Shown: piece after piece, positions 33,566 through 44,476 of the stretch
Position numbering within the stretch: position 1 is the first letter of the stretch
How the letters are laid out: every line of letters starts with the position of its first letter
From: an uncultured Nitrososphaerales archaeon
GTDB taxonomy: Archaea; Thermoproteota; Nitrososphaeria; Nitrososphaerales; Nitrososphaeraceae
DNA: 64,000 nucleotides
Direction of reading: 5' to 3'
Assembly (NCBI GenBank): GCA_963841565.1
Contig: CAWJCY010000004.1
Location: 50,350 to 114,349 of the forward strand
The notes under the pieces: model-generated
The model's database searches: none
Told to the model about the DNA's origin: nothing
The model's input: the letters and a program-made list of their open reading frames with translations, nothing else
Program-made: the position numbers and the translations under genes

Positions 33566-33916
33566 TACGTAATCAAAAAGACTACTAAAAGAACGGATCC
33601 AATTATTGGCACTGATTGATCATTTTTGGATCTACAGCGCAACGCAATCTATGCAGTTCCATTCATAATAGTTATATGTATTTTTTGTGGAAAACTGACT
33701 ATTGGTTAGCTTGCCTAAGCGATATTTGCACTACTTTTCCAGAACTAAGGGACAAGAACATCGAGGCTTATAGGTATTCTGTAATGTCTTATGCGAAGAT
33801 CTTCCGCTGTTGTCCTCCAACGACCATTTAATAAGTGTCTCACCATCGGTGGTAGCAGATCTTAAAGCCTTTTCTACAGGCATAGCGTTACGAATGTAAG
33901 TGATTGGAAGCGGCAA

Positions 33917-35246
33917 ATGAAGACCGCAGCTATGTTCTCAAGGTTGGATCCAAATAAGCGATTTTTTGCGCTTATGGTAGTTGTGATAGTTACCATCACA
34001 GTAGATTCTCAGATTGGCTACGTTGCTGATTTCATACCAGAACGACTCTCTTCGAATGTTGGAGTTTTTACATTCATAGTAATCGCAGTAGTGTTCGCGA
34101 TAACTCAATATCTCATTTTGGCCCATATCAAGAAATCCAACAAGGAGACTACACAAAGAGTTCCTCATCTGAGCAAATTACACACAGGCGTATCTGTTGC
34201 CCAGTATTCGCTTGCAGTTGTAATAGCGGTTGTTATCTTGCTAATACTATTAACACAGCAATACAATATTATAGCTCTCTATATTGTGTACGTATTTAGC
34301 TTCGGGCTTTGGATTTTAACCTTGGCTCTCTTAGCCAAGGCTTTTTTTTCGTGGTATAAATTTTCTAGCAAAAATATTATTATTTTAATTTTTACACTAT
34401 CTATGATTGCGTACATAGTCAATGGAATAACTGGCTTGGCCGAAAATTCTGATATGCTTGCACAGCAGAAGAAAATAATAACGTCTGTTGATGTGGCATA
34501 CTTTCCGGAGTTCAGTATCGAGTCAGTTGGAAGTCAGATTGGGATGGCCAATCATATAGTTTCTACAGTTGCGTATATTCTTACCTGGATTGGTACAGTT
34601 AAGATGTTATTTCCATATATCAAAAAGCTGGGCAAGATCAAGTTTTGGATTATTATGGGCGTAGCTATGATTTACTATCTTATTGAGTTTCCACTTTTCG
34701 TATTGGGTTATTTTACTCCATCAGAAAATGTGGACGCAATGACTAACGTACTTATTTTTTCATTTGCCGGAATTATGTCGGGAATCATATTCGGAGCAGC
34801 TTTCTTATCGGTGGCTAGAACATTACGAAAAGGCAGTGATTTAAGAAATCACATGATAATTGCGGCATACGGTTTTCTTCTCTTTTATATATCTGGATCT
34901 GCTATGGCTTCACAGGCTCGCTTACCCTCCATATGGTATTGTATCTATTTCGTTTATTGGAATATCTTGCTATTTGATATATACCGGTCTATATTCATCA
35001 GCAGTTACTGTTTCTCAAGATACAACATTACGTCTGTCTATTAGAAAGTCTCTGGATGAACAAGCAAAATTTCTACATAGTGTGGGATCCGCTCATATGG
35101 AACAAGAATTACAATCGACAGTCATGAAAATCGCAAAGAAGCATTCAGATGTGTTAACTGAAAAGACTGGAGTTGAATCTTCAATGACAGAGAGTGACAT
35201 CAAAGAGTATATGACTATGGTGTTAAATGAGATTCACAAGTCTTAA
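33917..35246 (+). CDS. Polytopic membrane protein with soluble C-terminal tail, frameshifted near 34919
   Basis: About 10 TM segments. Removing one C (GCT-C-GCT) joins SQA to AYPPYG... and the C-terminal 'LRLSIRKS...FLHSVGSAHME'. Confidence 0.8.
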
Positions 35247-35621
35247 AAAGGGGGGAAAAACGCTCATATATCATTCTAGAGCTATGACTGAAAGCACGCT
35301 TGTTTTATTTGCGTGGTATATCACATAAATCAAATTGAGAATATATGCTATTATAATTAGACGATGGCTTTTTTCTATTCCTTTTTTTTGACTCAATAAT
35401 ATTGAATAATATTTTAGGTACTGCTTGAATATGAATTGCGTTACGTAGCTGTGTTTGGGTTACTACGAACTTGACAACTTCAATACTGCTTTATGTCTTG
35501 AAATCTGGTATATTTGGAGCTTATGGGAAGAGTCAAGGTATTTCTTAGGTTAATGATTGAGCTAATTAAAGCAGTACTTATCATTCATTATCAAATAGTT
35601 GTCGCTTTCTAATACCGTTGC

Positions 35622-35922
35622 TCAAAGAAATTCTATCGCGATACCTCTAATTTGACTATATTCAATTCTGAATGATTCGTCAGTTGAGATGGGTAGTAGT
35701 TCCAGTATTATGTGAATTGCATACATGACAGGTGAATAATGTGTGAGGAGGGTGCAGATAAAGACTCTAAATCATCAACCCCAAAGTAAGATGCACTCCA
35801 ATAACACGAATTGCAAATTAGAAAATAGATTTGTCTAACTTCTTGAACCTTATTATTTCCTAAAGATTTAGAAGAATTTTGGTTGCTTGAAGTAAATCAT
35901 ATGCTATATTAGATCTTGTCAT
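35622..35922 (-). pseudogene. Third copy of the CxxC...CxxC Zn-ribbon family (see 49844 and 52375), two frameshifts
   Basis: MTRSNIAYDLLQ...IYFLICNSCYWSASYFG..., CHVCNSHNT, ELLPISTDESFRIEY. Confidence 0.82.
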
Positions 35923-36282
35923 TTCTATAACGATTCCAAAGCAGTCTAATCGCAATCTTAGTTTTTATGCGTTACCATACGGGTATAGCAAAGTATCAGA
36001 GTGGATATGAATCTCATTTTGGCTAGATATGATAAATTCTAACGTTTAATATCCAAGATAATTTATCGCATACCTTCAATATTTGATATAGCAAAGAAAG
36101 ATCTGATCAGTAATCTTTACAAATCGTGATTAGACGCTGCCTTCTCAATTCACAAACTCATCCTTTGGTCCATTGCAATGCTCCTTGTCTAACCACCTAG
36201 AGACAAACATAGGTATTTCCATATACGAGCAACCAGATAAACAAAAGTTCATGATAGTGATTTCAGGATGCCCATAACTATT

Positions 36283-36565
36283 CGCTCTCAAAAATCTGAT
36301 ATTTTTTCTATTAGAACTAAACGGATATTTGATAGCCAAACTTTCTTCTTCAGACCATTCTTGCTTAAATGACATTATTTTTTTCGCACGTGGTGGCCTT
36401 ATAACTCCATTCCATCAACCAAATAGACCTTTGCATCCACATCAAAGCTCTCTTCTTGAATCGATCCCTTTAGGAAATTCTATCATCATAGTCATCCATA
36501 CATCACCGATGCTATCTATGGTCAATTCAGTGCGGTGGTTTGTTGACAAACGAAATAGTACTTGA
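36283..36565 (+). repeat. Divergent copy of the unknown ORF at 41671-42117 / 55555-55888
   Basis: Near-identical ~55-nt block (GCTCTCAAAAAT...GATAGCCAAA) and colinear 'HQPNRPLH'. Confidence 0.75.
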
Positions 36566-36731
36566 TATTATTCATTGTACCATTAGAAAAATACGGGAAT
36601 TTGAATAGTGAAATTAGCGTAATCTTTTCCAGACATATTATAGATAGTCGGATTTGATCTAAAATGGTGTAACATGCAGTTATCGGTAGTGATAAGTACT
36701 TGCGTACAATCTCATAATTGATTAGTGCTGA

Positions 36732-36885
36732 ACGTTCAAAACGTTCAAGACGTTCAAAAAGATATCCCTAGGTCCCGTTCAATCATCGTTCAATCACCGT
36801 TCAATCATCGTTCAATCACCGTTCAATCACCGTTCAATCATCGTTCAATCACCGATCAATCACCGTTCAATCATCGTTCAATCGG
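36732..36885. repeat. Tandem array: 3 x ACGTTCAA (9-bp period), then 10 x 11-bp CGTTCAATCAY
   Basis: 11-bp units counted at 36776-36885 (one CGATC variant; last unit ends GG), followed by AT-rich tracts. Confidence 0.95.
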
Positions 36886-37519
36886 AACGGAGTATATATA
36901 ATAATGGGTATTTGTCGAAGCGTACATGGAATAAATATATTTATATAGAATTATCGAATCTTTTGAAAATTTGGACCAAAGATACTTTGTTCGCTGTGAA
37001 TACTTAAACTAATTAATTTATGGATTCCCTTATGCGCGATGCGACGGAAAGCTCATCCTGCAATCAAATTGTGACGTATATCGTGGAGTATTATGCTTCA
37101 CACGTTCATCTTGTTTTATTATCGCTGAGGAAAGTATTCATGTTTATTGTCTGAAGGATGAGACCATACATTATAACCCTTGTTATGTACTTGCCAGGCT
37201 GCGAAATTAATCTAAAATGCATTATCGGCCCAGTTAATTATGAATTATGATGTCAACAACAAAAAAGCAACCTAAAGGATGAATTGAAGTTTAGTTCAAT
37301 CAATTTTAAGCATTGCATTGGAACCATATATTTTACTTTATAAAAGTGGTTGATCAATATTTTGCTGTAATATTCAATATTGTCATCAATAATTCTCTAC
37401 AGTCTAGCGGAAGATAGAATTTACATATTATAGCTGTTAATACCTTGCGTCATAATTTATTGTAAGAATATTCCATATTGAAGTTTTCATATCTTGACTA
37501 TTAAGACTCGAGAGCCACT

Positions 37520-37801
37520 CTAGTTTTTATCATCATCGCTGTCATTATTGTCTCTATTACCGTTCTGTCTATCAGATTCATCAATTGTCTTTTGTGCATT
37601 AAATCTGGTTGTATATCCACCGCTCCAACCAAGACAATATGCCATCGAATGTCGAATAGGACAATCACTATTTCTGTATGGATAATCTACAATTCCCGCC
37701 GATCTTCCGTCATCGCTCCCTTGTTGATAGCTGTCGATACCATTGTCAATGTCATCCCTCAAGATCGTCAGAGTTCGCTTGCGCTTGTTGATGTGCCGCA
37801 A
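37520..37801 (-). CDS. Small Cys-containing 'GYxxG'-type protein, 5' end probably damaged
   Basis: SYQQGSDDG...C...YC.GW.GGY, similar to 59900-60268; acidic tail. Confidence 0.45.
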   Translation of the reverse strand: MRHINKRKRTLTILRDDIDNGIDSYQQGSDDGRSAGIVDYPYRNSDCPIRHSMAYCLGWSGGYTTRFNAQKTIDESDRQNGNRDNNDSDDDKN

Positions 37802-38040
37802 AAATAATAATGAGTGAAACTACCGTGAGTCCGCCCAGATCCAGTCTTCTGTTCGTAAGACTTTTGATCTCTGCGATCATATCTCAATGAGTCTCATAAA
37901 TTGATTCTACTATATTAACTTCTAGTTATACATTTTAACATGCTTTAGCATCTAAGTTATACGTATTCATACATTTCTAAATAGATCATTAAATAGTCGT
38001 TATTTCGAAGTCTTATATTTCAAACTAAAAAAAAGGGGTT

Positions 38041-38330
38041 CTATGTGGGAGCTATTCCAGATGCAGATAATTCCCCACTGACTTTGTTTCTTATTTGTTC
38101 TTATAGTGGATTTGTTTGTTCTGAATCATCCTCAGTTTCCTCTTCTCCTTCGCTGGATGATGTATCTTGTCCATCCCCATCGTCACTATTAGAGTTATTG
38201 CCTTCATCATCATTATTGTTAGACCCAGATGAGTCGTGAGATTCATCGTTACTATCACTATCACCATTATTCCTATCGTCGTTGGATGATGAATCATTGT
38301 CGCTGCCTGGGCCTCCTAGGGCTGGAGTTA
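38041..38330 (-). pseudogene. Truncated paralog of the D/S/N-rich secreted protein at 54684-55145
   Basis: LTPA...D/S/N-rich...EQTNPL*EQIRNKVSGELSASGIAPT versus EQTNPLLEQITNNINRALSSTGMAVP; signal peptide missing. Confidence 0.75.
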
Positions 38331-38356
38331 ATGCGTATTTTATTTCACCGTCTGTT

Positions 38357-40237
38357 TCATTTATTACTGAACATATCTGAAATCTTCTCATTCATGAGTT
38401 TGTAGTGCAATTCAGTTATCTTTCCATCTGAATAAGCATCTCTTATCTCATTTTTTATCTTTCCAATAGCTTCTGTATTTGGATCAGTGATTGATTCAAT
38501 TTTTTTCTTGAAGATTTTTTGATATGCTGTAGAAACTTCATTTTTTAGATGCGTGTATTGCTCATTACTTATCTTACCTGCAGCGTACGAATCTGAAATA
38601 TTTCTATTTAATATGTTTAATTGATTAGTATAGTTCTCTTCCAATTTACTATCACCATATACAAGAGCCATTTGTTGATGAAATGAATTTAATCTAGAAG
38701 TCTGCTTCTTTGATTTTATCCACCCTACAACGGCAGGGATAAGTAATGACCCGACTAGAGCAGTAACAACAACAGTAAATAAAGATGCCCAATATTGTGC
38801 CGGAACCGGCGGTGGAAGCGCTTTAAAGTACGCGGTAAAGTTACCAAATCGGTTTACAGTGAGATTTGCTGCTGGATCAATAAATTTGACACCAAAAATA
38901 TCAAGCAATGGAGTCCAGGGCGAACCAGAAGTTGTAGATGCATTTATTGTAATTGTTGAGTTATCAGCCAAATTCTGAGTCCAGCTACTAAATTCGAATC
39001 CATTGTTTGGTTTAGCTACACATTCTGCCCCAGATGACGCATAAAAATAGCGATTTATCGGAGCGTCTAGACCATTGCAAATTATCTGGCCCCCTTCAAA
39101 CGGATTAATAACAAATGTTACGCCAGCCACAACTTCATTAGTAACCGGATTAATTACTGATACAGTATTAGAATCACTATTTGCTACGTATACCGCACCC
39201 CCAAATCCATAAATAGAACCTGGACTAGCTCCTACTTTTATGTTCTTTATTACAGTATTAGTAACTAGATTAATTACTGATACAGTATTAGAATCACTAT
39301 TTGCTACGTATACAGCATCTCCATATCCATAAATAGAACTCGGATTATCTCCTACAGTTATATTCTTTATTACAGTGTTATTAACTAGGTCAATTACTGA
39401 TACAGTATTGGATTCACCGTTTGCTACATATACGGTATCTCCAAATCCATAAATAGAACCTGGACTAACTCCTACAGTTATATTCTTTATTACAGTATTA
39501 GTAACAGGATTAATTACTGATACTGTATTAGAATCACTATTTGCTACGTATACAGCATTCATAGATGTGGTAATAGAACCAGGATTAGCTCCTACTTTTA
39601 TATTCTTTATTACAGTATTGTTAACTAGGTTAATTACTGATACAGTATTAGAACCACTATTTGCTACGTATACCGAACCTCCATATCTATGAATAGAACT
39701 TGGACTAACTTCTACTTTTATATTCTTTATTACAGTATTATTAGCTGGGTTAATTACTGATACAGTATTAGAACCACTATTTGCTACGTATACCGAACCT
39801 CCTGCCAATGCATCAATAAACCTTGGGCGATCTCCTACCGTTATATTCTTTATCACAGTATTTGTATCTGAATCGATTACAGACACAGTATTAGAACGAA
39901 AGTTTGCTACGTATACCGCACCTCCTCCTGCCAATGCATCAATAAACCTCGGGCCATCTCTAACATGTATATCCTTTATCACAGTATTTGTATCTGAATC
40001 GATTACAGACACAGTATTAGAACGAAAGTTTGCTACGTATGTAGCTTCTGCAGTTGTGTAAATCTCGATCGGCATGTCCCCAACCTCAATCTGAGCACTC
40101 GTTAACACTTTTGTTCGATTCGCAATTGATTCCAACATATTTTGATTGAGTTGTGCTTCAGCATCATTCATTACTACATTATATGAAACAAATACTAGTA
40201 AACAAGAGATTATTGGAATCAGTCGATGACTTATCAC
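38357..40237 (-). CDS. YVTN/YncE beta-propeller surface protein with C-terminal TM and SHOCT-like tail
   Basis: Signal peptide; eight ~40-aa 'YVAN..SNTVSVI' repeats (~120-bp DNA period); beta-sandwich (AKPNNGFEFSSW); TM; 'Y..GKI...Y..L' twice. Confidence 0.9.
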   Translation of the reverse strand: MISHRLIPIISCLLVFVSYNVVMNDAEAQLNQNMLESIANRTKVLTSAQIEVGDMPIEIYTTAEATYVANFRSNTVSVIDSDTNTVIKDIHVRDGPRFIDALAGGGAVYVANFRSNTVSVIDSDTNTVIKNITVGDRPRFIDALAGGSVYVANSGSNTVSVINPANNTVIKNIKVEVSPSSIHRYGGSVYVANSGSNTVSVINLVNNTVIKNIKVGANPGSITTSMNAVYVANSDSNTVSVINPVTNTVIKNITVGVSPGSIYGFGDTVYVANGESNTVSVIDLVNNTVIKNITVGDNPSSIYGYGDAVYVANSDSNTVSVINLVTNTVIKNIKVGASPGSIYGFGGAVYVANSDSNTVSVINPVTNEVVAGVTFVINPFEGGQIICNGLDAPINRYFYASSGAECVAKPNNGFEFSSWTQNLADNSTITINASTTSGSPWTPLLDIFGVKFIDPAANLTVNRFGNFTAYFKALPPPVPAQYWASLFTVVVTALVGSLLIPAVVGWIKSKKQTSRLNSFHQQMALVYGDSKLEENYTNQLNILNRNISDSYAAGKISNEQYTHLKNEVSTAYQKIFKKKIESITDPNTEAIGKIKNEIRDAYSDGKITELHYKLMNEKISDMFSNK

Positions 40238-40370
40238 TTGATCGTTAGCACTAACATCGATCCAGTACTACACAGAACCAGATAAGTTTTACTTTAAAAT
40301 TAGATGATATGATAACTCTGAGTCTAAAAGATTTTGTTTTTCCGAAGTCGTTATGGATATACTTATATCT

Positions 40371-40646
40371 TTAATCATCTTCAATAACTGGCTGCTTGGA
40401 GGCTATCACTGATTTCAAATAGTTGATAACTTTATGCTGTGTCAATAACAAAGCAATAATCAAAGATTCTGATGGAAATGGATGTGTTTGTGCCTGGCTA
40501 TTCATAGCGACTGAATATTCATAGCAACTCTCAAGTAGCTTAGTTAACACAACTTTATCATCATCGGTTGGAAGCTTATCTATGAAGCCGCGCCATGTCA
40601 CAATTTCTTTGATAAGCACATCTTCAGCAGGGAATAGGCTCAACAT
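40371..40646 (-). CDS. Hypothetical protein
   Basis: 91-aa helical-looking ORF. Confidence 0.6.
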   Translation of the reverse strand: MLSLFPAEDVLIKEIVTWRGFIDKLPTDDDKVVLTKLLESCYEYSVAMNSQAQTHPFPSESLIIALLLTQHKVINYLKSVIASKQPVIEDD

Positions 40647-41428
40647 AGCTCAATCTTTAATTCTGCTAATATTCCCTACAGCGACCCAAAGGCAGGGGGT
40701 GGGGGTACCGAAATCTAAATCTTTTTTGATAAATATCGCCATGTCAAGACACAATCTCTGTCAATAGTGCAATAAAGAATTAGGTTAAGGGTAATGCTAC
40801 CAGTTTGTATTTAATTAGTTATGGATTAAGAAGTTACGTTTTCATATGTCGAATGTTTGCCAAATAATTCATTTATCATCTTTTGCTGTTGTATTATTAA
40901 TGCCAGACACATCGATTCAAATGAAAAGTTCTTTCCCCCATTGTATTTCATAATAGAATCAGACAGAACATGTAAACTAAATATTTATGTGAACCTTCTA
41001 TTATTACTGATAATTGCATTAGTATGTATTTATTTGAAACATCTAGATGTCACATTAAGTATAATTATGTGATAGAAGAAGGACACCAGGCATTTTTGAA
41101 ATATTGAAACTTGATACGTCATATTTGCCTTTAATTCATTTAGTATAAGAAAGTCACATTTGACCGTTGCCCAATTATTTGATGAGTAAAGCGATAGATC
41201 TCAAAAACCAACAGCTAAAGCGAATCGACAAATAAATATCCTACCTGGAAATTAAATTAAAATGGGCATGATTATGATCAAATAGGGGCTTCATTACTCA
41301 ACAGGCCCACACAAATTTAGATTGATGAGCTTCCCACTTCTGAGTTGTAAGGGTGAAATGGACCTGCATATTTAACGCATATATACATTAGTTCATATTA
41401 CTATAATGCCATTAAAATACGACATTCA

Positions 41429-41662
41429 ATGAGTTACGGACAGAATAAAAGCTCCTCAACACCTGTAGAAACAGGAAAAGAATACACGGTAGATATAACT
41501 GACACAGGTAGAGACGGGGAGGGTGTTACTCGTATAGGAGGTCTAATAATTTTTGTGAAAAATGCAAGGGCCGGTGATAAAAATATAAAGATTAAGATTA
41601 ATTCGATTGTTAGTAATTTTGCTACTGCAGAGATAGTAACAAGTTCAACAGATACGACTTAG
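41429..41662 (+). CDS. Single TRAM-domain protein (putative RNA chaperone)
   Basis: PVETGKEYTVDI.D.GRDGEGV.RI.GLIIFV...GD...FA.AE. Confidence 0.9.
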   Translation: MSYGQNKSSSTPVETGKEYTVDITDTGRDGEGVTRIGGLIIFVKNARAGDKNIKIKINSIVSNFATAEIVTSSTDTT

Positions 41663-41670
41663 GATTGTTT

Positions 41671-42117
41671 CTATTGTCTTATTTTTAGAATTGCTACAAT
41701 CAATACGTCCCCCACTATAATGGACATAAGAAAGGTTATTGTAATCCAGCTAGATATGACTAGAACTGATCCTAGTACTATTCTAATAGTATGATGAATC
41801 ACATCATGTAATATCCCATATTGGCTATAATATACTAAATTGCATTGGACCGAAGATTGTATTTGCAACAGATCTTTGAATGATTCTATGACGCTAGAGT
41901 TTTTTATGATAAGTGATTTGAGAACAGGGCTTCGATGTGGCAGATGCAAAGGTCTTGTGGGTTGGTGGGACAATCCTCCACATACGAAAAAGATAATGCC
42001 ATTCAAGCGAGCTTGGTCAGAAGCTGAATGTTTGGCTATCAAATATCCGTTTAGTTCTAATAGAAAAAATATCAAATTTTTGAGAGCTCCGATTTTTCTT
42101 AATGCAGATAAACACAA
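41671..42117 (-). CDS. Hypothetical protein, triplicated in the window
   Basis: This frame is open across the shared core of all three copies, with synonymous third-position differences and in-frame indels. Confidence 0.45.
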   Translation of the reverse strand: MCLSALRKIGALKNLIFFLLELNGYLIAKHSASDQARLNGIIFFVCGGLSHQPTRPLHLPHRSPVLKSLIIKNSSVIESFKDLLQIQSSVQCNLVYYSQYGILHDVIHHTIRIVLGSVLVISSWITITFLMSIIVGDVLIVAILKIRQ

Positions 42118-42135
42118 CTCCCGCTAAACTTCCAA

Positions 42136-42396
42136 ATGAATACCAAATATATGCTCGTAGTAGCTGCAATGGCAGTAATGCTTATTGGAGCAACAGCTTT
42201 TGGAACTGACAGTGCATTTGCAGGCGGAGATGGTCACAAGAAGAAGGGTTATGAAAAGAGTCAAGCAGTCTCACAAGTCAATGAATGTGGCAATGGATTC
42301 ATGCCATATAATGTCGGATGTCAGAACACTGCATCACAAATTCAGGGCGACGATAACTCGGCAGCATTAGCGTCATCGCAAGAGTTCGACGACTAA
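42136..42396 (+). CDS. Small secreted Q/N/S-rich protein with Cys pair
   Basis: Signal peptide ending in SAFA; 'SQAVSQVNECGNG...NVGCQNTASQIQGDDN'. Confidence 0.8.
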   Translation: MNTKYMLVVAAMAVMLIGATAFGTDSAFAGGDGHKKKGYEKSQAVSQVNECGNGFMPYNVGCQNTASQIQGDDNSAALASSQEFDD

Positions 42397-42592
42397 AATA
42401 AGAAAAGCCCGCACACTTTCATTTTTTTATTGTTCCCTGCCTATTGATAGATAGAACTTTGAATCTCAGAATATCGAGTTATGTTTTTCTTGATTAATAT
42501 TTACCCATAAGCTTAGTTATATCACAAATGTATAGAATGTTTTAGTACTGTATTTAACCTTATGACTTGTTAGTTAGTGATCTTGTATATGT

Positions 42593-42870
42593 ATGGTTGT
42601 CGTAGCAGCAATGGCAATAATGCTCATTGGAGCTACAGCATTTGCAACTGACAGTGCATTCGCAGGTGGAGATGGACATAAAAAGAAATATGGAAAAAGT
42701 CAAGCGATCTCACAAGTGAACGATTGTGGGATGGATTCTGGCCAGAGAATGTTGCATGTCAGAATATCGCTTCACAGATTCAGGGCGACGATAACAGAGT
42801 AAAACTAGAGTCATCGCAAACATTTGGAGAAGAACCAATCGGTGTTTCAGAAGAAGAAACAATACCTTAA
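42593..42870 (+). CDS. Tandem paralog of 42136-42396, frameshifted near 42730
   Basis: Same signal and core; restoring one A gives CGNGFWPENVACQNIASQIQGDDN. Confidence 0.75.
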
Positions 42871-42999
42871 GGACTTATTGATTGGGTAAGTGATTTGCGC
42901 GCCGAAATTCCATCGCAACTTCGATTGATTTCTTACGAGTACTGTCGTCACAGATTAGGAAATAAATATTTATTCTGACAGATGTCATAAAATAATTGC

Positions 43000-43398
43000 A
43001 TGTCGCCCAGGCTAGCTATCGTCAAAGTCATGACCGTAAATAAACCCGCGAATCTTGTATTTGATTTCTTTTCCGATGTCAAGAATATGGAGATCGGAGG
43101 AGCAATAAAATCAGTCACAAAAGGAGATGATGATTGGTGGAACTTTGACCATATAATTGCGGGCAAAGGAAGAATGAAAGTCGTTCAAGTTCGTGATTTC
43201 GGAATATTAGATCATGAATTTGTAGGCGCAGGACTAGAATGGAAGGTATATGTCAGAGTAGTTCCTAATGAGGAGGGTTCTACAACTACGTGGACGTTTA
43301 TGAGGCCAGACGGTCTTACTGACGATCAGTTCCAGGAGCAACTCAAGGGATTTGATATGGAAGTAGCCAATTGGAAGAAATATTTGGAAGAAAGTTGA
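43000..43398 (+). CDS. SRPBCC/START-like fold protein
   Basis: 'NKPANLVFDFFSD..N', 'FGILDH.F', 'VRVVPN.EGS..TWT' and a C-terminal helix '..WKKYLE'. Confidence 0.72.
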   Translation: MSPRLAIVKVMTVNKPANLVFDFFSDVKNMEIGGAIKSVTKGDDDWWNFDHIIAGKGRMKVVQVRDFGILDHEFVGAGLEWKVYVRVVPNEEGSTTTWTFMRPDGLTDDQFQEQLKGFDMEVANWKKYLEES

Positions 43399-43460
43399 GA
43401 ACCAGGGTATCCGAAATTTGAATAATCAATCCATCCTGAAGGTTCAAAATAAAACAGTTT

Positions 43461-44343
43461 TTATTTCAAAAAGTCGGACAGACTCGTCTGCTTATTCTTG
43501 ATGACTCGTTTATTCATACTTGAATCATCTATTCCCAGATCGTCTATTGTAACAAATTCTTCTCCCCACTTCACTTCCTCTAGACCTAACAATTGTCTGA
43601 AGATGTTAACGGTTCCTGGACCAAAGCCTGCATAATGATTGTTTGCGGCGACAATTGAAAATTTAACACCAGATAAGTTACTCCAATCAGAGTACATTCC
43701 TGAAGTTGCGCGCGATTTTCTTCATTTCTTTAATCCTGCCAATTTGGATTCGCCCAAAATCTTTCTCTGGTATAGTTCTATCCCCGATTAATCTAACATA
43801 GGCAAAGTCGGATGTGACAATAGGAGGTGTATGTATATCTGCAAGTTGACTCCATACAAGGCACTTCTCGTTGTTCCTGAAGAAATTGTATGCAAGATCT
43901 TGAAGCCACGATCTATGTCTTACTTCTACCGCATACCTGAAACCTTTGTCAAGGTATGGAAGAATGTTTCTGAGAGCATTTAGGCCTTCAACGATATCAA
44001 TCGAGGGAGGCAATTGGATTAGTAATGCCAATAATTTTTCCTTTAATTCAGAGATAGAATCGAAGAAATAACCTAATTGATCCTCATCGAAATCCGACAG
44101 TCACTTGTCATGGGTTATAATTTTAGAGAATTTCGCAGTAAATCGAAAGTTCTCGGGAGTCCTGTCGTACCAGTTCTTGACCATGAATTCGTTAGGAATC
44201 CTGTAGAATGAGGAGTCTATTTCGACATAGTTTAGGACCTTCGAATAATATTTTAACCATTCAGAATTTTCAATACCTTTAGGATATAATAATCCTTGCC
44301 AAGACGAATAAGACCATCCAGAACATCCTATGTAATACTGCAA
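43461..44343 (-). pseudogene. DUF72 family protein, disrupted (TGA at 44101-44103; frameshift near 43695)
   Basis: YIGCSGWSY, VEIDSSFYRIP, F.FTAK....ITH, IQLPPS, YAVEVRH, YVRLIG, NNHYAG; C-terminal QTSLSDF. Confidence 0.9.
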
Positions 44344-44476
44344 GTTTTTTGGTAGGTACTAATGAATACGATCGGATAATAATATTTTTGTGTGATTAAA
44401 CAGGTTTGTGAGTGCAAAAACACGAAAGAGAATAACAGGACATGATAATCAGTCATGTTAACTGGTATCAAATTAT

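Noticed and set aside
36776-36885. CRISPR array
   Set aside because: Units are contiguous 11-mers without spacers; no cas genes in the window.
39140-40040. ~120-bp DNA repeats as a CRISPR or non-coding array
   Set aside because: They are the in-frame YVTN propeller repeats of the gene at 38357-40237.
41840-42127. 'CGRCK' Zn-finger-like ORF (also 55534-55749 and 36145-36375), or TGA recoding in that frame
   Set aside because: This frame has TGA and TAA stops in homologous copies; the antisense frame is the conserved open one, and there is no evidence for recoding.
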